Virus record (IMG/VR): IMGVR_UViG_3300031998_000055
DNA from: an uncultured virus (IMG/VR IMGVR_UViG_3300031998_000055)
Lineage: Duplodnaviria > Heunggongvirae > Uroviricota > Caudoviricetes
Reading direction: 5' to 3' (one strand)
DNA length: 64,000 nt
Below the pieces are notes generated by a model. That model was not told where the DNA came from and did no database searches. It saw only the letters and a program-made list of their open reading frames with translations. Of this stretch, positions 17,253 through 26,431 are shown piece after piece. Positions within the stretch are counted from its first letter, which is position 1; each line of letters begins with the position of its first letter. A program made the position numbers and the translations under genes.

Positions 17253-19478
17253 TTAATACCCCTGGAAGTTGGGGGAGGACATTGCGTCCCTGATCTCGTC
17301 GGATACGTAATCCGGGAGCTTCGATAAGGAGGAGGAGGTGTTGAACGATTTGCAGTGGTCGAAGCATTTGCGCAGGGATTCTTCGGAAGACCCGATGCCT
17401 ATGCCGATGACGACCATTCCCTCTTCCCTTGCCTTCTTCACCATCTCGCCGACCCGTTTGGGATCTCCGGTGTCTCCATCGGTGATGATGAACACCAGTT
17501 TGCAGGCTTTTCCGTCATATTTGCGGAGATTCCCGAGCAAGACGCTCAAAGCGCCTTCGCAATCGGTTCCTCCCCACAGCCAGATGCCTTCCCCTGTTTT
17601 TCCGGAATCGTCGACCGGAAGATATGCCCCTTGGATATCGGAGCAAAGCAATCCGATCGTCTGCTTCGTTTCATCGACGGTCTGGTCGAAATGCTTGACG
17701 TAAAGGACGCCTCCGGTGGAGAATGCGGCGATCTCGCTCGGCACGTCGGCCTCTTCACATGCCAAAGCCGCCATGACGGAAGCCGCATATGCGCATCGGC
17801 TCTCATCTCCCATCATCGAGCCTGAGCAATCGACGAGGAGCGATACCGCCAAATCGGTGATCTCCCTTCCGGGGATCTCATCCCGATAGACGTCCAACGT
17901 CATTTCGCGAGAAGCCATCGAATCCATGTAGTCATCGATGTCTATCTCTTCCCCATCCGATAGGTTGTGAAGTTCTAAAGCCCCAGTCTGGGCTTTGATC
18001 TCCCTCAATGCATCGGCGAGGTTGGTAGGCATCGATCCCAGGGAAGAGACGCATGACTCATAGGCTTTGTCGGCAGAATAGGGTTTGTCGATGTCGAATT
18101 CCTGATCTGCTTCGAAGCTGAGGGATGAGGGATTGGATTCCGCGTCGGTCTCCAAAGCATTCTCGAGTTCGGGATCGCATCCGTTTATCAGGGAATCGAT
18201 TTCCAAGATGCTGATGGGGTCGGTTCCGTCGAAATCCCAATCGAGATCGTCGTTAAGCGTGCTTCCGGTTTGGCAGCCAGGTCCGTTTCCGGCGCTGCTG
18301 GATCCGCCCGGGGCGTCTCCGCTTCCATCCTCTTCGTCGCCGTCCTCCCCTTCGTCATCCTCTTCTTCATCAGATTCAGATTCAGATTCAGATTCAGATT
18401 CAGATTCAGATTCGCCGCCTTCACCTTCCTCCTCATCCCCCTCTTCGGCTTCGGAAGCTCGAGAATGGCTTTTGCCGCTCTCTTCTCCTTCTTCGCCTTC
18501 GGGCTTTTGAGTGCGCATGTCGATGATGTCGGCATCGGGCTTTTCGCCTTCTTCCCCATCTTCGCCTTCCCCGGCCTCGGCGATCGAGACCGGCGGGAGC
18601 TCGGCGGGTTTCTGAGGCTGCAGGACGCTTTGCTTGCCACGCTTTCCGGGGGTTTTGTCGACCAGGATGATGACCGGCCTTTCCTCGGTAAGGGGTTTCT
18701 TGGTTGGATAATCGCTCGCCTTCAGCCCAAGCTCGTCTATCATCCAGATGGCCGCCGCGACCTGTTTGCGGCATCTTTCGATGGGATCGTTCTCCCTATA
18801 GGCGTCGATCAGCTTCTCCATGAAGCCTTTCTGAGCCAATAAGTCGAACTTCGCGTTATTCCCGCCAAGCGCTTTTGGACCGCATCTGAGGTACAGCAGG
18901 ATATACATCAGAAGGGATTGGACGGACCCATTGTCTTTATATGATTTCGCCTGGGGTAGGAAGATCGAGCGGACGAGGAACCCGAACACCGGCTTGAGGA
19001 ACCTGTAGCGGAAATCCTTCGACATGGATCTCTCCATCTTCGGATCCTCGCACATGTTCACGAAATCCCTGATGAGGGGAATCGCCCATTGATAGGCGGG
19101 ATCGACGTTCTCGAACGCCTTTCCCGTCATGTCGGTGAACAGGAGATGCCCGAATTCGTGGTAGATCAGGCCTTCCATGGAGACCTTCAATCTCTTCGCG
19201 GCTTTCAGGACGCTCGACGAAGGTATCCTCTTCGAGGCATCCGAGGCATCCAGGCCGGCTCCCCACAGAGCCGTCCCAAGCCCGAGATGCACGACCGCGA
19301 CCCCGGGCTTGCTCTGGTATGTGTACGTGTTGAGCGACGCATCGTATTCCATCCTGATCCTCAGGCGGCCGAGGAACACCGCCGACATCGCCGACGAAAG
19401 CCTCAGCCTGACGTCCCTGACGAACACCGCTTCCGCGAGGTCGAGGGCCGTATCGTAGTCTTTTATATTAACCGGCAT
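17253..19478 (-). CDS. VWA-domain protein (CobT/NorD-like) with N-terminal HExxH and acidic linker
   Basis: YHEFGHLLFT; Glu/Ser-rich linker; MIDAS DCSGSM...GGT...ITDG. Confidence 0.85.
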   Translation of the reverse strand: MPVNIKDYDTALDLAEAVFVRDVRLRLSSAMSAVFLGRLRIRMEYDASLNTYTYQSKPGVAVVHLGLGTALWGAGLDASDASKRIPSSSVLKAAKRLKVSMEGLIYHEFGHLLFTDMTGKAFENVDPAYQWAIPLIRDFVNMCEDPKMERSMSKDFRYRFLKPVFGFLVRSIFLPQAKSYKDNGSVQSLLMYILLYLRCGPKALGGNNAKFDLLAQKGFMEKLIDAYRENDPIERCRKQVAAAIWMIDELGLKASDYPTKKPLTEERPVIILVDKTPGKRGKQSVLQPQKPAELPPVSIAEAGEGEDGEEGEKPDADIIDMRTQKPEGEEGEESGKSHSRASEAEEGDEEEGEGGESESESESESESESDEEEDDEGEDGDEEDGSGDAPGGSSSAGNGPGCQTGSTLNDDLDWDFDGTDPISILEIDSLINGCDPELENALETDAESNPSSLSFEADQEFDIDKPYSADKAYESCVSSLGSMPTNLADALREIKAQTGALELHNLSDGEEIDIDDYMDSMASREMTLDVYRDEIPGREITDLAVSLLVDCSGSMMGDESRCAYAASVMAALACEEADVPSEIAAFSTGGVLYVKHFDQTVDETKQTIGLLCSDIQGAYLPVDDSGKTGEGIWLWGGTDCEGALSVLLGNLRKYDGKACKLVFIITDGDTGDPKRVGEMVKKAREEGMVVIGIGIGSSEESLRKCFDHCKSFNTSSSLSKLPDYVSDEIRDAMSSPNFQGY
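18370..18413. repeat. perfect hexanucleotide microsatellite (TCAGAT)x7
   Basis: Seen directly; encodes a Ser-Glu repeat in the VWA linker. Confidence 0.95.
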
Positions 19479-19490
19479 ATGCCGACCTCC

Positions 19491-20573
19491 TTATATCCTG
19501 GTGCCGTACAGATCATCGAATAGGTCCATCCCGCTTTTCGGCGTCGGCGGGTTGGACGGCTGCTGGGCCTGCGGCTGCTGTTGGACCGCCTGCGCCTGCT
19601 GGGACATCCCGGGAGCGATCGGCTTCGGGGATGCCTTGTATTCGTTGTACATCTTGGTGATGTACGCGCCGACGACGGGCGTGGTGTAGAACATCTCGAC
19701 CTTTTCGGAGGGGAGCAGCGCCTTCCTGAGGACGTTGATGAACGTCGTCTTCACCCTCAGGGAGAATTGGTCGAGGGTGAGCGGCCCGCTCTGGGGGATT
19801 ACGCCCATGAGCCCCTCGAGCTGCCTGATGCCGCACGGCACGTGCTTCTTGGCGTTGTTCTTCGCCTCGACCATGACGGCCGTGCACAGATCGTATGCCT
19901 GATTGAAGAAATCGTCTTTGACCCATGGCCATTTCGACTTCCCGATCATCAGGAACGCCTTCTTCGACAAGCGGTCGACGTCGATGGAGACCCTGAACCT
20001 GTCGAGGAGCGCCTCCGGCACCTTGTTCGTGCCGACGCATCCGAGGTTCCCCGTCATGACGATTCGGAAGTTCGGATGTTTGTGGTAGATGTTGCCGTCG
20101 GCCACACAGTTGTAGATATCCGGCATCATGGCGAATTCCATCGCCTCGGTCATCAGGCCTTCTTTGAGCTGAAGCCCATCGTCCAGGACGCAGATCGCCC
20201 CGTTCGCGTAGCTCCAGAGGAGGGGGCCTGGCTGGAATACGGTCTCCCTCTCATCGCCGTCTATCCCCTTATGGGGATTGAACACGACTTTGCCGTTGAG
20301 GGCCGACCCCGGCATGGACGAATTGCAGGGGACGATGTAGACCGGTATGCCTTCCTTCACGCCGAGGTTGATGACGGTGCTCGTCTTGCATGTGCCGGGC
20401 TCCCCGGTGATGAGCAGGGGGATCCCGGCGAGCAATGCGTCGGAAGCGACTTCGTAGTCGCCGTGGATGGCGATCGGGTTGAGGGTATTCCTCTTGCTGA
20501 ACGCCAGGTTGTCGGCGAGCAGTTCCCGGGAGCGATTGTCCTGGTAATAGCTCGGATCTTGTTTGAACGGCAT
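19491..20573 (-). CDS. MoxR/CobS-like AAA+ ATPase
   Basis: Walker A GEPGTCKT, Walker B ICVLDD, HPNFRIVMTGN...ALLDRF. Confidence 0.88.
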   Translation of the reverse strand: MPFKQDPSYYQDNRSRELLADNLAFSKRNTLNPIAIHGDYEVASDALLAGIPLLITGEPGTCKTSTVINLGVKEGIPVYIVPCNSSMPGSALNGKVVFNPHKGIDGDERETVFQPGPLLWSYANGAICVLDDGLQLKEGLMTEAMEFAMMPDIYNCVADGNIYHKHPNFRIVMTGNLGCVGTNKVPEALLDRFRVSIDVDRLSKKAFLMIGKSKWPWVKDDFFNQAYDLCTAVMVEAKNNAKKHVPCGIRQLEGLMGVIPQSGPLTLDQFSLRVKTTFINVLRKALLPSEKVEMFYTTPVVGAYITKMYNEYKASPKPIAPGMSQQAQAVQQQPQAQQPSNPPTPKSGMDLFDDLYGTRI

Positions 20574-20588
20574 GTTTGTTTCCTCCTT

Positions 20589-21182
20589 CTAGTTCTCGTA
20601 ATATGCCTCGAAATCGACCTCGTCCTGATCGATCTCGTCTTCGGTGTCTTCCCCGTCCAGGTATTCTGGTCCGTCCTCGAAATCGTCTTCCGCCGGCTGT
20701 TCGGCCGCATAGGCGCCGAGGGCCGCATTTATCGCGGCGGCATCGTCTTGATCGAGGATCAAGCGGTTCTCTTCCTGGATCCTTTCGACCTGGCGCTCGA
20801 CCGATTCCTCGGGCTTCCTCTGCACGGGTTCGACGAGAAGCGGCCTTTCGTCTTCGTCCCTCTCGATGTGGACGTCATAGGCTTGGGGGAGCCTTTTCTT
20901 GTCCCATCTCCATTGGAACGAGACGCGGTGCCCGTATTTGATGCCGTATTCATTGCCTTCGCAGGCGAAGAAGGTATCATGGTCATTGTGCGGCATGATG
21001 AAGCTGATGTTGCCGGGATCCTTGCATCTGATGCCCAGCTTGGCGCGGGCCTTTGCGAATCTATCCCTCAGGTTGGGGTCGTCGGGATCGATATAGCCGA
21101 CCCTGCGCTGCCCCTTGATCTTCGGCTCGGCGGTGTTGACGACGATGCCGGTCGGATTCTTTTTGGTTTCTTCTTTTTTCAT
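20589..21182 (-). CDS. hypothetical protein with acidic C-terminal tail (possible OB/cold-shock-like fold)
   Basis: 197-aa ORF; GHRVSFQ...PQAYDVH resembles a cold-shock-domain end; Asp/Glu tail. Confidence 0.55.
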   Translation of the reverse strand: MKKEETKKNPTGIVVNTAEPKIKGQRRVGYIDPDDPNLRDRFAKARAKLGIRCKDPGNISFIMPHNDHDTFFACEGNEYGIKYGHRVSFQWRWDKKRLPQAYDVHIERDEDERPLLVEPVQRKPEESVERQVERIQEENRLILDQDDAAAINAALGAYAAEQPAEDDFEDGPEYLDGEDTEDEIDQDEVDFEAYYEN

Positions 21183-21305
21183 AATGATTCTCTTTCCGGG
21201 CTTTGTGCCCTATTAATGATGATTCTGGGCGGTTTAGCGACATGCCCCAGGTCGATGGAAGCTATTCCTGTCCTGTTCTATTCTGTCCTCCTTCTTATTG
21301 TAGCA

Positions 21306-22067
21306 TCACTTGACCTCCTCCTCAAGGGCTTTGGCCATGGCGTTGCGCCATTCTTCCGACTGGAGTTGCTTCGCCTTCGCGAACATCTCCGTCCAGACAT
21401 GCTGCTTGCGTCCGTCTCCGACGAGTTTCTTATGCTGCTCGAACTCCTCTTCACGTCCGAACCAGGAGCAGAGCATCAGATACAGGCCGCCGAAGATCTT
21501 ATGATCGTATTTGTCCAAGACGAGGAAGGGGTAGTCGGTGACGTTGTCGTCGACGTACTTCTCGACGAACGCTTCCCTCATGTCCTTCGCATAGGGGCTT
21601 GGCAGGATATACGTGTCGGCGACCTCCTCGGCGATATTGCGGAGCTTTTCGCTCTCGGCGTCGTAGACTTCGCAGGCCTTGCGGTATTCGGCGTAATCGT
21701 ACGTCGCCACCCGCTCTATTGATCGGACGAGCCTGAGGGACGCCGCGAGCACGTTCCTTTCAAAGAGCTCTTGCTTGTATTCTGGGTTGTTGATTGGGAT
21801 GTAGTCGCAAGAGTATTGCTGCCCATATATCCACGTGGACAGCCTTCCCCTCTTGAACGGGAAGCTATCGTATCCGACTTCGGAGCGGATGTAGTTGTTC
21901 TTGACGTTTATCTCGATCATCCTCCAGTAGATCTCGATATTCCCAGATTTGTAGATGATCCATTTCCGCCCCCAGAACTCCGGGTTGCGGTAATTGGCGA
22001 GTATGACCGACAGGTCGAGATACGCCAATTGTGTGCTGATGTGGTTGTTGGATTTCTTCTTAGTCAT
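21306..22067 (-). CDS. hypothetical protein
   Basis: 253-aa ORF with GAGGA RBS. Confidence 0.7.
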   Translation of the reverse strand: MTKKKSNNHISTQLAYLDLSVILANYRNPEFWGRKWIIYKSGNIEIYWRMIEINVKNNYIRSEVGYDSFPFKRGRLSTWIYGQQYSCDYIPINNPEYKQELFERNVLAASLRLVRSIERVATYDYAEYRKACEVYDAESEKLRNIAEEVADTYILPSPYAKDMREAFVEKYVDDNVTDYPFLVLDKYDHKIFGGLYLMLCSWFGREEEFEQHKKLVGDGRKQHVWTEMFAKAKQLQSEEWRNAMAKALEEEVK

Positions 22068-22654
22068 TGTGTTTCCTCCTTAAGAAGTTTTTTGATTGTT
22101 TGTGTTCCAGAATGGCTTCTTTTCAGAATCGTTCTGTAAAGTTGATGGGTGGTTCTCAATTCTTTGTTGAAATGGCTTCTGACTTTCTTGGTGTCTTTCT
22201 CTCTTAAATCCAAAAGCCTTTTCATAAGGGTTTCGATAGAGATTTCTTGATCAATGTAATCATAGGCAACAACATAGGATTCAAACATTTTAAGCGAAAA
22301 ATAGCTATATTTGTCGAGAACGCGGAATACGAACTTCGTCTCTTTGTCGTAGCAGACTTCCAATTCGATATCCCCAAAAGCCAAAATCGAAGATTCGCTG
22401 TTTGGGTCGTCGAGATAGCACTCGACCCGTTTGATTGTATTGCCTACCGAAAGCACTGATATGAGATCGTAACCAAAAGATTTGATGAGATTCTCTACAT
22501 CATAATATGATCGGCTCGAAGAATCCAATGAACTTACGAAATTCTGGATCTCTTCGTAATGGGCGTCTTTGTCTGAAAGCTTTCTCCTGCTTCCATAAGT
22601 TGCGTATTTGTAGGTTTCTACGAAACCCAAACCGTAAAAATCTTGCAAAAGCAT
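22064..22654 (-). CDS. hypothetical protein (AT-rich)
   Basis: 196-aa ORF coupled to its neighbours. Confidence 0.6.
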   Translation of the reverse strand: MLLQDFYGLGFVETYKYATYGSRRKLSDKDAHYEEIQNFVSSLDSSSRSYYDVENLIKSFGYDLISVLSVGNTIKRVECYLDDPNSESSILAFGDIELEVCYDKETKFVFRVLDKYSYFSLKMFESYVVAYDYIDQEISIETLMKRLLDLREKDTKKVRSHFNKELRTTHQLYRTILKRSHSGTQTIKKLLKEETQ

Positions 22655-22863
22655 TAGATCGGTTCCTCCTCGGGTATGACGATTTCCAGGTCCAAGGTTT
22701 CATCTGATAAACCTCGTGGTGTATATTCAAGCATACAAGAATCAAGATTATAATCATCGATTTGAAAGCACCTAAGCAACGGGCAATCGCCGCAATATTC
22801 TTGCTTCCCGCAATATTTCTTCACTTCCCCGTAAGTGCAGTCGCGTAGTTTCTTTTTAGGCAT
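22654..22863 (-). CDS. small Cys-rich protein
   Basis: YCGKQEYCGDCPL motif; AAAGGAGG RBS. Confidence 0.6.
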   Translation of the reverse strand: MPKKKLRDCTYGEVKKYCGKQEYCGDCPLLRCFQIDDYNLDSCMLEYTPRGLSDETLDLEIVIPEEEPI

Positions 22864-23005
22864 GTTTCCTGCCTCCTTTCGTTTTGCGTTTCGGCTTGGC
22901 GTGGGCCTTGGCCTTCTTCGTCCTATGGGCGAAATGATGGTAGTTCCATTCCGGCTCCTCCTTCCAGGGGAACCAGCGGTCTGGATATGCGAATTGGCCG
23001 AACAT
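22856..23005 (-). CDS. small basic protein
   Basis: MFGQFAYPDRW...KRKTKGGRKHA with AAAGGAGG RBS. Confidence 0.45.
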   Translation of the reverse strand: MFGQFAYPDRWFPWKEEPEWNYHHFAHRTKKAKAHAKPKRKTKGGRKHA

Positions 23006-23019
23006 GTCCTTTCCTCCTT

Positions 23020-23577
23020 TCATTGCAGGTAGACGGCCGGGGGCAGAAGCCCGAGGTCCATCGCGTCGTTGACCCTGTAGATGGTGGGGTTCCTCAGGGT
23101 CAGCAGCCTGCGGCCCTTCGTCCCCACCTTGGCGTATCTTACCTCTCCGAACGCGCAGACGAGGTCTCCGGCCCTGTACCGGCATCCCTTGAAGGAATTC
23201 TCGAGGCCGTCGAACGCCATGAGGTGGCCGTCCGCCTCCTCCTGGGTCATCTGGCTCATCGACCAGGTCGAGTAATCGGCGGGGTCGTCGAGGTCCTGGA
23301 AGAGGTTCACCCCCCAGAAGGATCTGGACGCCCGGCATATGATCCTGACGTCCATCGTCCCCTCGAGGTCAGGCCTTTCGGCCAATATGGATTTGACGTG
23401 CCTGATCTCGTATTCGGCCGTGCAGTTCGCCACGCAGCCGTATTCGTTGAGGTTGTCGAGGGCCCGATACGTGGATGAGCCCGATCCGATGATGTTGTCG
23501 AAGGCGACTGCGCCCCCGACGGCGGCGACCGCCAACCCGAAGGTCAGGGACGCCAAGGTCTTCTTCGCTTTGTTCAT
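23020..23577 (-). CDS. secreted or membrane-anchored hypothetical protein
   Basis: N-terminal signal/TM segment MNKAKKTLASLTFGLAVAAVGGAVA. Confidence 0.65.
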   Translation of the reverse strand: MNKAKKTLASLTFGLAVAAVGGAVAFDNIIGSGSSTYRALDNLNEYGCVANCTAEYEIRHVKSILAERPDLEGTMDVRIICRASRSFWGVNLFQDLDDPADYSTWSMSQMTQEEADGHLMAFDGLENSFKGCRYRAGDLVCAFGEVRYAKVGTKGRRLLTLRNPTIYRVNDAMDLGLLPPAVYLQ

Positions 23578-23915
23578 AGTGATTTGTTTCCTTTCTCGCC
23601 GAATGCCTCCTCAAGCTTCTTCCAAAGCTCCTGGGGCTTCCTTGTGAACGGCGTTTTCCTGTCTGCGAATACGTCTTTCTCGATGCGGTCGAACGCCTCG
23701 ATGAACTCATCGAATTCGGGGTACACATGCCTTCTGTGCCTGATGTCCTCCCCTTTGTAGGTGAGGGTGACGTCGACCCTGTCCCCGATGTAATGGGAGA
23801 TGCGGACCTGATAGTCCGCGTTCTTGAACCAGAGGCCGTAGTCGAACACATCGCCTTCCTGGAACCAGGCGATGCCGACCCCGGCGTCGGACAGCATCTT
23901 CTTGAGGCCGATCAT
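23574..23915 (-). CDS. hypothetical protein
   Basis: Start refined to MIGLKK. Confidence 0.6.
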   Translation of the reverse strand: MIGLKKMLSDAGVGIAWFQEGDVFDYGLWFKNADYQVRISHYIGDRVDVTLTYKGEDIRHRRHVYPEFDEFIEAFDRIEKDVFADRKTPFTRKPQELWKKLEEAFGEKGNKSL

Positions 23916-24307
23916 AGCAGGATCCTCTCGACGTTGTCCTTCGCGATGCATGCCTCGGCCAGCGGGAACACTGCGGTCTTGCCTTCCCCCGGCATCTCCA
24001 CGACGGCCAATCCGATCTCGAACCCGTCGTCGTCCGGGGATTCGGCCGCATTCTCGATGGCGTGGGCCAAAACCCCCATGAACCGACGGTCCCAGACCGC
24101 CTTCCCCTCATCGGGGTCGTAGTAGGTGCAGAGGCCCTTCCTCTGCTCGGGGGTGAGTTCGTTGAACACCCGGAGGAACATCAGCCGATGCTCGGCGGGG
24201 TTGCCCGGGAAGGCCTTCAGGTCCTCGGGGGCGGGGGAGGTTCCATCCTTTTCGCATCCGACGATGCCGGCGAGGATGATCGCCTTCATTCTGTTTTCCA
24301 TTTCCAT
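23912..24307 (-). CDS. hypothetical protein
   Basis: 131-aa ORF with RBS. Confidence 0.65.
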   Translation of the reverse strand: MEMENRMKAIILAGIVGCEKDGTSPAPEDLKAFPGNPAEHRLMFLRVFNELTPEQRKGLCTYYDPDEGKAVWDRRFMGVLAHAIENAAESPDDDGFEIGLAVVEMPGEGKTAVFPLAEACIAKDNVERILL

Positions 24308-24356
24308 GGTTTTGGGCGCCTTTCTTTATGTATATATCTTTTCGCCCATGAGCGCC

Positions 24357-24413
24357 GCCCCTTGCGGGGCATCGGGCTTGCACCGATCATCCTTGCGGAT
24401 GGGCCTTGCGGGC
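24357..24413 (-). repeat. tandem GCAA-tetraloop hairpins
   Basis: Four TTGC loops (GCAA on the minus strand) spaced about 15 nt apart, in short stems. Confidence 0.7.
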
Positions 24414-24638
24414 TTAGAATAAGCCGATCGCTCGTTTGTAGTTGTTGGAGATCTTCTTGGAAAGATCTTTGAGCCAAGCGACCGTATTGGCTTCATCATG
24501 CTTCAAAGCATGCATGATGACGAGCCTCTTGAAGCTATCGACGGTAATCAAGGACAAACCGTCGTGGATGAGCTTGGCCGCTTCGATGTTGAAGGCGCGG
24601 TCGATGGTGGTGCTGGTGATGGTGATGCTGTTGATCAT
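24414..24638 (-). CDS. hypothetical protein
   Basis: 74-aa ORF with AAGGAG RBS. Confidence 0.6.
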   Translation of the reverse strand: MINSITITSTTIDRAFNIEAAKLIHDGLSLITVDSFKRLVIMHALKHDEANTVAWLKDLSKKISNNYKRAIGLF

Positions 24639-24745
24639 GTTTTTTCTCCTTATATTATTATGATCAAACCATATCGTGAGATACGGTTCATTCAGCCTCT
24701 ATGGAAATAGAAGCTGAATGAACCCATCTTGCGATGGGTTGACGG

Positions 24746-25099
24746 TCATCTGCCGAAGATAAGCTGACGCTCCCTCGGATGCAAACCGCCGAGGTAGGAA
24801 TTGGGCGCCACGGCCTCCACGGCCAGGTCGCCGAGGATGTTGACGTCGCTTGGGGTGAAGACTCTGTGTATTCCCGCTTCGGCGTCGTCGTAATCGTGTC
24901 TTGCGATGGCATTACCTGCTTCACACGCGATGATATCGGAATGGGAGAGGGAGAACATGGCTGGGTCGTCGATATGTTCGATTGGGTTGTCGATATGTTC
25001 GATGACGACGAGGATGTCCCAGAGGTATTTCTCCACGGCGGGGATGGCAAAGGTCTCAATGAGGTGCTTTGCATGCTGGGCGTTGCATTCAGTGATCAT
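24746..25099 (-). CDS. hypothetical protein
   Basis: Start refined to MITECN after AAAGGA. Confidence 0.55.
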   Translation of the reverse strand: MITECNAQHAKHLIETFAIPAVEKYLWDILVVIEHIDNPIEHIDDPAMFSLSHSDIIACEAGNAIARHDYDDAEAGIHRVFTPSDVNILGDLAVEAVAPNSYLGGLHPRERQLIFGR

Positions 25100-25368
25100 A
25101 GGTTGATTCCTTTGTGCTGCATCCATTTCCTGAAAGCAAAAATGGCTTTATGCTGTTCGGGATATTCTTCTTCAAACTGAATGTGAATGGCTTTTCTGTC
25201 TTCAATTTGAAGGTTCCTTGTTCTTTCGAAGAAGCTATTCTGCGCTTTGATTACGGTGGTGATGGGGGCACTGGAAAGAGGTTTACCCTCGTCATCGGTG
25301 TTTGCTTTGACGATGTTCGCGTCGCTGACCATTGATTGGATCAGCATTCTTTTCTCTTCTTGACTCAT
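25096..25368 (-). CDS. hypothetical protein
   Basis: 90-aa ORF with GAAAGGA RBS. Confidence 0.6.
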   Translation of the reverse strand: MSQEEKRMLIQSMVSDANIVKANTDDEGKPLSSAPITTVIKAQNSFFERTRNLQIEDRKAIHIQFEEEYPEQHKAIFAFRKWMQHKGINL

Positions 25369-25395
25369 AATCTTTATTCCTTTCCGCCTTTCGGC

Positions 25396-26430
25396 TTATT
25401 TCTATGAGCGACACATGGCTGCAGGACTTCGGACGCTGCAGTGGTCTTAATCCAGATCCGCAGACCTGGACCCGTCGATATGTTGCCATGTCGTGGTTAT
25501 TCCCCTATCGCAAGGGGTATGTGGTGGGGAAGGAGACTTCTGTACTACCTGTTCTCCCTAGTCCCTGTTTCAGGCGCACTGACATTTGGGCTGTGCATTC
25601 TTGTTTGCCTCGGGTAAAACCCTAGCGTCTTGCTCCTCTTGGCTTAACGTCGCCTCAACCGGTTATCGCCATCTTCGTGATGGGCGGATTTTCCTGCTTC
25701 CCTTCAAGGGGAAGCGCCTTTCAGCGAAGGCCTCCAACTGTTACATATCGCTTGCGCATATCCTATCATTTGTCGGATATGTTTCAGGGCATGTTTGACA
25801 TGCTTTTGAGCGCGAACCGAAGTTCGTTGCTTCGCCCCCCATTGTGTTGGTTCGACGGAGCCTCTGGAAATGCAACTGTTCCAGGACCGGGCTTTTATGC
25901 GTTAAGCAGCCGGCTTGCTATGGACTTAACTGAATAAGTCCTCGCGGACCCCTGCCAGAGGGAACCAAAGGAAAGGAAGGGGTACAACCGCATAAGCGGT
26001 CAACCTTTCCCTTGATCCCCGTTTCGGCGACGGGGCGGTCTTGCTATAAAAGCAAGGATGCTGAGCATCTATCCATAGGGTATTATCCTATGGCTATGTA
26101 CGTGTAAGGAGTCGCCCGAAGGTCCCCTCCCCTACGCATATCTTTCGATATGCCCTTTCATTCTTTTTCATCGGTCCTTCAGACCGATTGGCTTAAAATG
26201 CGAGATAAAAACCAACCTGCTTTTCCCGACCAACAGGCTAAGTCGTTGCGACATGATCAAAAGCGATCTCCCAGCCGCAATTGGGGATTTTTTCGTATTT
26301 TCCGTTACGAAAGCCCCGGGACTTTGGACCCGGTCCTTGTTTCCAAGGAGGCCTTAACCAGCAAATCGCTGGCCCATCGGTTTATGAAAGAGCTACTTAT
26401 TAAAAATAGCTTTTTCACTTATAGAAATAA
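25396..26430 (+). ncRNA. candidate large structured non-coding RNA (~1035 nt)
   Basis: No credible ORF; more than 20 back-to-back hairpins; 13-bp closing helix between 25396-25408 and 26418-26430; G-U pairs mostly on +; followed by a terminator. Strand is inferred. Confidence 0.65.
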
Positions 26431-26431
26431 C

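Noticed and set aside
830..24665. CRISPR array interpretation of the recurring motif and hairpins
   Set aside because: Repeats are only 12-19 bp and are separated by whole genes; no cas genes.
25396..26430. Group I or group II intron, or tRNA cluster, as the explanation for the structured gap
   Set aside because: No interrupted host gene, no domain V or recognisable catalytic core, and no cloverleafs seen by eye; an Rfam scan is still needed.
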